The notes below the pieces were generated by a model. That model made no database searches, had not been told where the DNA came from, and worked only from the letters and a program-made list of their open reading frames with translations. Source: a virus (taxonomy: Duplodnaviria > Heunggongvirae > Uroviricota > Caudoviricetes). From it: DNA of 37,615 nt. Below are positions 31,387 through 37,615 of this stretch, one piece after another; the first letter of the stretch is position 1; the number at the start of each line of letters is the position of its first letter. Both the position numbers and the translations under genes were made by a program. The stretch lies in the IMG/VR virus record IMGVR_UViG_2681813321_000019. One strand, 5' to 3'.

Positions 31387-31771
31387 TGCTGCCTCCGTGA
31401 CTCTGCGTAAATTCGCCCAGTTCCGTACACTCCAGCAGCAGAAAGCGCCGCGCCCCGTTCAGATCGCGCTGACGTTTCACCCGGTACACACTGTCACCGC
31501 AGACCACCTCATAATCAGCGGTGATCCCCCGGCGGTAGCGAATGGTGATGTAATGGGTGATGGCGTCCCCGGTCTGCGCGGTTTCCTGCCAGGTGGTGGC
31601 ACTGGTCTGGATAACCTTCGCCCATGCCCGGAACGCAACCGGGTATTGAGGCTCCACGCCAAAGTTATCCGCGGGCATATCCACCCGCTGGCGGATCAGG
31701 ACGCGTTTATTCAGTTCGCCGGGGTCCGGCAGAATGTAGGTTGCGCTGGTCTGCGCCTGACGAATTTTCAT
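31361..31771 (-). CDS. Head closure / head-tail adaptor protein (136 aa)
   Basis: Synteny downstream of the gp6-like connector. Confidence 0.45.
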   Translation of the reverse strand: MKIRQAQTSATYILPDPGELNKRVLIRQRVDMPADNFGVEPQYPVAFRAWAKVIQTSATTWQETAQTGDAITHYITIRYRRGITADYEVVCGDSVYRVKRQRDLNGARRFLLLECTELGEFTQSHGGSNGDFLFAR

Positions 31772-32172
31772 AGTGGTATAAGGCGATAAGGAGCAACCAA
31801 CCAGTTAAAACTCATTGGCAACTCCATTTTCTCAACGTCTGTAACCGTTGAGCGGTTTTCGTAGAAATGGCTGACAAGTAGCAGAAGCGCCAGCTTCACA
31901 TCATCAGATATCACAAGCCCATCAGGATCATCCGCAGGCCTGTCATCTGCGGTTGCATACAACGTACGGTTAAGGAAGTTTTCCGTTCGACTCTGAGCGG
32001 CCTTACCAAGCAGTTCAAGCAACTCATCTTCATCAGAGAAATCATCATCCAGACGGAGCTGAAGCTTAATCTCTTCCATTTTTAACAGCATAAAACCTCC
32101 TGTGCCCGCCAGAACGCGGGCACAAAAAAACCGCATTACGCGGCGTGCTGTATTACGTAAAAGACTAATCAA
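31768..32172 (-). CDS. gp6-like head-tail connector protein (134 aa ORF; true start possibly the internal MLLKMEEIKLQLRLDDD)
   Basis: EEIKLQLRLDDDFSDEDELLELL motif typical of the gp6 connector family; directly after the major capsid gene. Confidence 0.55.
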   Translation of the reverse strand: MISLLRNTARRVMRFFCARVLAGTGGFMLLKMEEIKLQLRLDDDFSDEDELLELLGKAAQSRTENFLNRTLYATADDRPADDPDGLVISDDVKLALLLLVSHFYENRSTVTDVEKMELPMSFNWLVAPYRLIPL

Positions 32173-33398
32173 CCACCAACGCTACCTTTCCCCACCAGCG
32201 CTTTAATGGCAGAGGTGTCTTCCAGGATACAGTCAAAACGATGGAAGGCCAGAAAACCGGTCTGATCATATTCCGCGTAACGCTCAACCAGACGTTTAAG
32301 AATCATGTATCGCACACGACGGATAATGAAGCGATCAAAGTCACCACAGAACATGAATTTTTTACCCGCCCCGATATCATCAATTTCCTGATCAATGACA
32401 TACGGTACATTCAACACTGAAGCAGGTGCCACACCAACAATATCCGGCAACCATAAAGGGCGTCCCTGACCGTCTTCCATCTCACTGATCAGTTTCAGCG
32501 TATTATCGTTAAACGCCAGGCGGAATTTCGGTCCGCGACGATATGCAGGATCAATGCTGTGTTTCAGAGCCAGAATTTCCTGCCACTTCACCGCATTTGC
32601 CGCGGCAGTCTGTGTTGTGCCGGTCACTGATGCTGCCAGCCCTTTGGGTTGTTTAGGCGTACCCGCACCAGTCCCCTGAATCAGATAACGGGCTTCACCA
32701 CGACCAATACGTTCAGCAATGCGACGGGCAAGATAAGCTTCCATATCGATCGCGCTGTCCTGCAGCAACTCATTAGACACACGAATGATTTTCGATGTCA
32801 TTTTGAGCGCCCCAAGGCTCCCCATACCGAAATCGGTGTCTTCTTCACCGGCTTCTTCATTTTCGCCCAGCAGAACACCAACTTCGGAAGTACCATCAGC
32901 TGTTGCCCACTCCATAGTGCGACCATCTGAAGTGGTCAGAATCTGCGCCACACTGGCGATGCCACCGTAGGATTTCATCTTCTCAACAACTTTCGCCAGG
33001 AATGTTTCTGGTACGGTATATCCGCCCTTTTCATCCTGAGCTACACCCTGGGCACGAAGTTCACGCAACGCCTTTCGTTCTTCTGATGTCAGCTCACTGG
33101 CACCGTGACGCATCCACTTATCAAAAACCTGAGCTCGTTTCTCATCCTGTTGTGGATTGTTTTCCGGATCAAGATTCTGACGCTGCTCTTCCTCATTGCT
33201 TTCAATGTACGCCTGATCCTGACGACGCAGTTCTTCTTCGCGTGCAATTCGTTCATCAAGCGCTTCCAGTTCGGATTTTGCTTTGTTCCACTCAGTGCGC
33301 TGCTCTTCCGTCCATGCGTTATCACCAATTTTTTCATTCAGGGCGCGCATGTCAGTTGCGATAGTATTACGTTTCTGTTTCAGTTCATGCAGTTTCAT
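32169..33398 (-). CDS. Major capsid protein, HK97 family (409 aa)
   Basis: N-terminal delta-domain-like coiled coil followed by HK97-fold region; downstream of the prohead protease. Confidence 0.85.
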   Translation of the reverse strand: MKLHELKQKRNTIATDMRALNEKIGDNAWTEEQRTEWNKAKSELEALDERIAREEELRRQDQAYIESNEEEQRQNLDPENNPQQDEKRAQVFDKWMRHGASELTSEERKALRELRAQGVAQDEKGGYTVPETFLAKVVEKMKSYGGIASVAQILTTSDGRTMEWATADGTSEVGVLLGENEEAGEEDTDFGMGSLGALKMTSKIIRVSNELLQDSAIDMEAYLARRIAERIGRGEARYLIQGTGAGTPKQPKGLAASVTGTTQTAAANAVKWQEILALKHSIDPAYRRGPKFRLAFNDNTLKLISEMEDGQGRPLWLPDIVGVAPASVLNVPYVIDQEIDDIGAGKKFMFCGDFDRFIIRRVRYMILKRLVERYAEYDQTGFLAFHRFDCILEDTSAIKALVGKGSVGG

Positions 33399-33408
33399 GA
33401 TGTTTCCT

Positions 33409-34026
33409 TTACGCGTTAAGAAGGGTCAGGACGCGTTCACGCGCCATACGTTGATTAATGGCTTTCTGTAGCGCGCCGCTGTTGCGCGCCTCCTGCCATG
33501 CTTTCATGGAGCGAACAGCCGAGTCAGCCTCCTGATAGGCAGGATATGTCACAGGACTGACATCCAGCAGACGGGAAAAGCGGGTTATCTCGCGAATAAC
33601 AACCCCATCCTCATCCTGATACCACTCCTCACCGTCACGGGCGACACGGAAAGCGAAAGATGACTGGTTAATATCTCCACGTTGCATCGGGGCCAGCACC
33701 AGATCACGAATGGTCTGTGTCTCCGGAGCCTGGATGTCATAGCGTAATCCGCGCTCATCAACTGAAAGATTCAGCGTGCCTGCTGCACTACGCCCAAGAA
33801 TAAAATTAGGATCGTGGTTAAACAGTGCGCGTACATCATCACCAAGCACATCGTCAAAAGCGCCGGGCCGGATGATTTCGCGGAATGAACCGAATATCAG
33901 CTCAGAACGACAGTCAAACACCGATCCATAACCGATAATGTGCGCCGGGTTATCGTCATGCCTCTCAGCACGCACCTCACCGCTGTAACAACGGATTTCA
34001 CGGTCATTCATTGGTTTTTCCCTCAT
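33409..34026 (-). CDS. Prohead protease, HK97 family (205 aa)
   Basis: Position between portal and capsid; conserved His/Ser-containing segments. Confidence 0.8.
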   Translation of the reverse strand: MREKPMNDREIRCYSGEVRAERHDDNPAHIIGYGSVFDCRSELIFGSFREIIRPGAFDDVLGDDVRALFNHDPNFILGRSAAGTLNLSVDERGLRYDIQAPETQTIRDLVLAPMQRGDINQSSFAFRVARDGEEWYQDEDGVVIREITRFSRLLDVSPVTYPAYQEADSAVRSMKAWQEARNSGALQKAINQRMARERVLTLLNA

Positions 34027-35278
34027 CGTTTTTTGGGGGCTTAAAATCTCCTGCCGGGTTAGCAGCGTTCACGCTTACCAGCATCTCATCCAGCCCTTCA
34101 ACCGGATTCATATCCTCGAATGCGCGGGCCTCATTACGGCTCATCCATCCATCGGTAATAGCGAAGTGATAGAATTGCGCGCGCTCCTGCGGAGTTCCGC
34201 GTAAAAGCCCCGTCAGATTGAACCTGACGTAATACCCGGCGGCTAACTCAGCGCGGGTAAACAAGCGACGGTTAAGCTCCTGCTCCCAGTTCGTCACCCA
34301 CGGCATCATCGTGTAGCGGACAAACTGAATCGCCTGCGCAGAAATATTGGAGAAGGTGGCTTTTTCGAGGTCATTAATCATGTGCGCAGGAATATTGAAA
34401 ATACCGGCGATCATTGAACGGTTCAGCTTCATCATGTCAATGATCTGAGCGTCAACTGGCGACACAGTCAGTGCCTTGTAATCCAGATCGGCTGGCAGCA
34501 GCATGGTTTTGTTTTCCTGGCGGCGTAACGCCTGCGATGCCTTCTGCCACTGATCTTTAAGCCAGCCCCAGCTTTCCTTATTGAGTCCGCTTTTAACGGA
34601 TACTATCCCCGCCGGACGGGCATTACCGCTGAAGAAGCTTTCTGTGTACTTCTGACCGCTCATCCCCATGCCTATTGTTTCGGCATGTTGCATAATCGGA
34701 CTCAGCCCCATCTTCTGATTATTACCCAGCGCACGGATGTGGATCATATCGTCCGGACTGATCGCAAACGCCCCATATTCGTTGTACAAACCGTAGGTAT
34801 ATCGGCCACCAGTATTCATCAGCGTCGTTTCCCACGGCATACAGCAATCCAGGGATATGACTTCACCGCGACGATTACGTTTCACCCAGGTATACCCATT
34901 CCCCCAGCCAAGGATGTGACGTTGCTTCAGTTCGCGCCATTTGTAGCTGGTTTGCCAGGTATTGGGCTCATCATGAACCAGATAAAACGCAGGATGATCG
35001 CGTGCGGGTTCAACCTTCCCCTTGTGCCTGCGCATAACATGCAACGGCATCTGGGCAAGGCTGGAAGACAGGACATAGATACAGGAATACACCGCAGCCA
35101 GTTTCATCGCAGTCTCAGGACTGACATAAACGTCTGCCCGGAACAGCCCATCAGTATCAACGGCATCCCCGGTTATCGGGGTGGAAGGATTCTCCAGTGA
35201 TTTACTTCTGAACAGAGCATCAAGCAGCACGCGTCCCCCTTCTGGCCATAGCCAGTGCGCCCACCAGCAGTAAAGCAC
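34004..35278 (-). CDS. Portal protein, HK97 family (424 aa; start uncertain)
   Basis: Size and position between large terminase and protease. Confidence 0.8.
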   Translation of the reverse strand: MLYCWWAHWLWPEGGRVLLDALFRSKSLENPSTPITGDAVDTDGLFRADVYVSPETAMKLAAVYSCIYVLSSSLAQMPLHVMRRHKGKVEPARDHPAFYLVHDEPNTWQTSYKWRELKQRHILGWGNGYTWVKRNRRGEVISLDCCMPWETTLMNTGGRYTYGLYNEYGAFAISPDDMIHIRALGNNQKMGLSPIMQHAETIGMGMSGQKYTESFFSGNARPAGIVSVKSGLNKESWGWLKDQWQKASQALRRQENKTMLLPADLDYKALTVSPVDAQIIDMMKLNRSMIAGIFNIPAHMINDLEKATFSNISAQAIQFVRYTMMPWVTNWEQELNRRLFTRAELAAGYYVRFNLTGLLRGTPQERAQFYHFAITDGWMSRNEARAFEDMNPVEGLDEMLVSVNAANPAGDFKPPKNDEGKTNE

Positions 35279-35381
35279 CGGACAAAATCAGAGCCGGAGC
35301 CATACCAAACTGCAGGTAAACCCCGCACGTAAGCAGGCCAAAACCAGCCAGCCCGATAACATCAGCAATTAGTGATTTCAT
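35220..35381 (-). CDS. Small hydrophobic protein (53 aa, two predicted TM helices), not in the ORF track
   Basis: [53 protein letters not shown]; lies between terminase and portal and overlaps the annotated portal N-terminus. Confidence 0.3.
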   Translation of the reverse strand: MKSLIADVIGLAGFGLLTCGVYLQFGMAPALILSGALLLVGALAMARRGTRAA

Positions 35382-37111
35382 AGAATTAAGAGATCATCGT
35401 CCGGATCAAGAGATGAGAGGAAATCGTCAGGTTCTTTGAGCATTGCCCGACCGATCGTCATAATCAGTGCAACCGCACCATCGATTTTGTTTTCCGTCTG
35501 CTCCTTGACGGGCTTCACTAAATCATCGTTACCTGGCATGTTTTTGCCGACCACATTGCCGATACACCAGGTCATGATGGGATTGCCGTCATGATGAAAG
35601 CGTCCCGATTCAATCGCTGCTTCCAGCTCTTTCATCGGATCGGACATATTGGCGAAGTTCTGGACGATAGTGACGGGATTCAGATCTTCATCAGCAAGGT
35701 CATGCGACAGCCCGGTCGCCCCGAAGGGGTCGATGGGTGACTCACTGACCGGGCTGATTTTGTTCGCCGCTTTGGCCTCCTCGAGGATGTAGCGATAATC
35801 CACCTCTGCACCATCGGTAACGGTCAGGACGCCCATTTCCACCCATTTCTGAAAGCGTTCGGCTGTCCGTCTATCTTCATTTTTCTCGACGCTGTACACC
35901 GTGTCATACGGTACCCAGAAGCGCGGGGCCACACTGTAGTAATGCGTTTTACCGTCAATCTCGCGGGTATAAAGTCGCGCCATGCTGTTCATATCCAGCT
36001 TACGCGCCAGGTCAAAGGCCAGAATGCACGGCTGCCCCTCGAACTGCTCAAGGGTCAGTGATTTATCCTCGCAGCTCTGCCAGCTCACCAGGTTGAAATA
36101 CGCCGAACGCGCCGACACCCAGATATTGAGGTGTTTTGTTTTAAAGACGTTTGCCAGACGGGCGTTATTTTTCGCACGCTGCTGCTGACTTAACAAAAAT
36201 TCGCGATAAACCGACACGCCAATATTTGGATTGGCTTTTTCCAGCACCTGCGGGTCGGTCCAGTCGTCACCTTCATCAACGGTATAGATGATCCCGAACA
36301 GTTCATCGTTAGGCACCGAGCCGTTGAGCATCTCGATGACTTCCCGCCGCTTGTCGTAGCACGGCCCCTCAATGTTGTACCCGGCGGTGGTGATGGCCCA
36401 CATCAGTGGCTGACGTCGCGCCCCCATCCCGGTAAGCATTGTGGTATAAAGCGCATCGGTGGCATGCTCGTGATATTCATCAACCACGGCACAGTGGGGT
36501 GATGAACCATCACCGGGGTTACCGATCAGCGGTTCAAACCGCGCGCCATCCTCCGGACGGTTCATGTTTGAAGCGTTAACCTCAATCCCGAACGCTTCCG
36601 TCAGCATGGGTGTGCGTTTACACATCAGTCGCGCCGGGCGAAAGACTTCCCACGCCTGTTTCTCTGTCGTGGCACCGGAATACACTTCCGCGCCAAACTC
36701 GTTATCACAGGCAAAACAATACAGGGCAACACCAGCAGAGATTGCTGATTTGCCGTTCTTACGGGGGATTTCGGTATACACCTCCCGGAAGCGGCGCAAC
36801 CGGGTGCCTTTATTGACCCAGCCAAACGCACAGCAGATCACAAATAGCTGCCACGGCTCCAGCGTGATGGGCATCCGTTTGAATGCCCACTCACCCTTGG
36901 TGTGCGGCAACAGCTGAATAAATTTCGCGGCCCGTTCAGCCAGGTCCTTGTCGAAGCGGTAACGAAACGACTTACTTTTTTCCGCCATCAGGTCATCAAG
37001 ATGGCGCTGGCAGGCCTGAATCACAAACTGGCAGGCCACAATCTTTCCGCGCACGACATCCCGGGCATACTGATTGGCAGCATTTACGTTGGGGTAAGAT
37101 TTCCTGCTCAT
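35378..37111 (-). CDS. Terminase large subunit (577 aa)
   Basis: N-terminal ATPase region and C-terminal nuclease region; follows the small terminase subunit. Confidence 0.85.
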   Translation of the reverse strand: MSRKSYPNVNAANQYARDVVRGKIVACQFVIQACQRHLDDLMAEKSKSFRYRFDKDLAERAAKFIQLLPHTKGEWAFKRMPITLEPWQLFVICCAFGWVNKGTRLRRFREVYTEIPRKNGKSAISAGVALYCFACDNEFGAEVYSGATTEKQAWEVFRPARLMCKRTPMLTEAFGIEVNASNMNRPEDGARFEPLIGNPGDGSSPHCAVVDEYHEHATDALYTTMLTGMGARRQPLMWAITTAGYNIEGPCYDKRREVIEMLNGSVPNDELFGIIYTVDEGDDWTDPQVLEKANPNIGVSVYREFLLSQQQRAKNNARLANVFKTKHLNIWVSARSAYFNLVSWQSCEDKSLTLEQFEGQPCILAFDLARKLDMNSMARLYTREIDGKTHYYSVAPRFWVPYDTVYSVEKNEDRRTAERFQKWVEMGVLTVTDGAEVDYRYILEEAKAANKISPVSESPIDPFGATGLSHDLADEDLNPVTIVQNFANMSDPMKELEAAIESGRFHHDGNPIMTWCIGNVVGKNMPGNDDLVKPVKEQTENKIDGAVALIMTIGRAMLKEPDDFLSSLDPDDDLLIL

Positions 37112-37611
37112 GACTCGATGATTTTCAGAAACGGGTTAGTGGCTTTCTTCTGCCCCGCCAGGCCAATCAGACGCTGGCGGCTGCTGGGGTCGAGTCCGAG
37201 CATTGCCCCCGTGCTGCTCATCTCGGACTCCTGTTCTTTCTTGGCGGTCAGCTCCGGGTTTTTGACCATACCGCCCATTGCACCGGTAATGGTGTTGCCC
37301 TGGCTGGCAATATTTTTCACGGCACGTCGCCAGAACTCATAGGCCACGCACCACCGCTCAAGCACCGCGAGGTCAGTCACGCACAGCAGGCCCTGACCGC
37401 AGAGTTCTTTGGTTGTCAGTTGCCACATGATCGTGGCGAGAGGGAGATCTTCTTCAGCGAACCACTCCGGTGGCTCAACACCTTTGATGGGCGTAAAAAC
37501 AGGTTCATCTTTATTCAGGGCTCGCTTGCCGGGGTTTCCGGCCAGCGCCTTGCGCGCCGTTGGCTTGGGGCGACGCCCGGAACGCCCCGCCGTTCCAGCC
37601 ATATGCGGCAC
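37108..37611 (-). CDS. Terminase small subunit, P27 family (167 aa; start may be the second Met, [13 protein letters not shown])
   Basis: [15 protein letters not shown]-terminus characteristic of P27-type small terminases. Confidence 0.75.
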   Translation of the reverse strand: MPHMAGTAGRSGRRPKPTARKALAGNPGKRALNKDEPVFTPIKGVEPPEWFAEEDLPLATIMWQLTTKELCGQGLLCVTDLAVLERWCVAYEFWRRAVKNIASQGNTITGAMGGMVKNPELTAKKEQESEMSSTGAMLGLDPSSRQRLIGLAGQKKATNPFLKIIES

Positions 37612-37615
37612 TCCT

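Overview
The window resolves into three overlapping, colinear fragments of one Escherichia-type locus, joined at two breakpoints with no junction homology. The underlying locus is: an e14/Mu-like prophage late region (P27-type small terminase, large terminase, HK97-type portal/protease/capsid, Mu-like sheath/tube/tape-measure/baseplate, tail fibre S) -> Pin-type invertible tail-fibre switch -> pin invertase -> an AT-rich 3-gene cargo cassette of unknown function (70 aa; 114 aa; 343 aa single-TM protein) -> tmRNA (ssrA) -> smpB -> ratA/ratB -> bamE -> recN -> nadK -> grpE. Fragment A (1..7705) runs from the tfa 3' end to mid-recN. Fragment B (7707..16824) starts with the invertible segment in the opposite (flipped) orientation and runs to a truncated grpE. 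Fragment C (16826..37615) is the reverse complement of the locus, from mid-343-aa gene through the whole phage structural module. Both inversion states of the tail-fibre switch are therefore present. The most novel candidate is the uncharacterised cargo operon immediately downstream of pin, the position occupied by mcrA in e14 and mom in Mu. No rRNA, tRNA (other than tmRNA), CRISPR array or IS element was seen. All calls are from reading the sequence and ORF translations; no database search was run.
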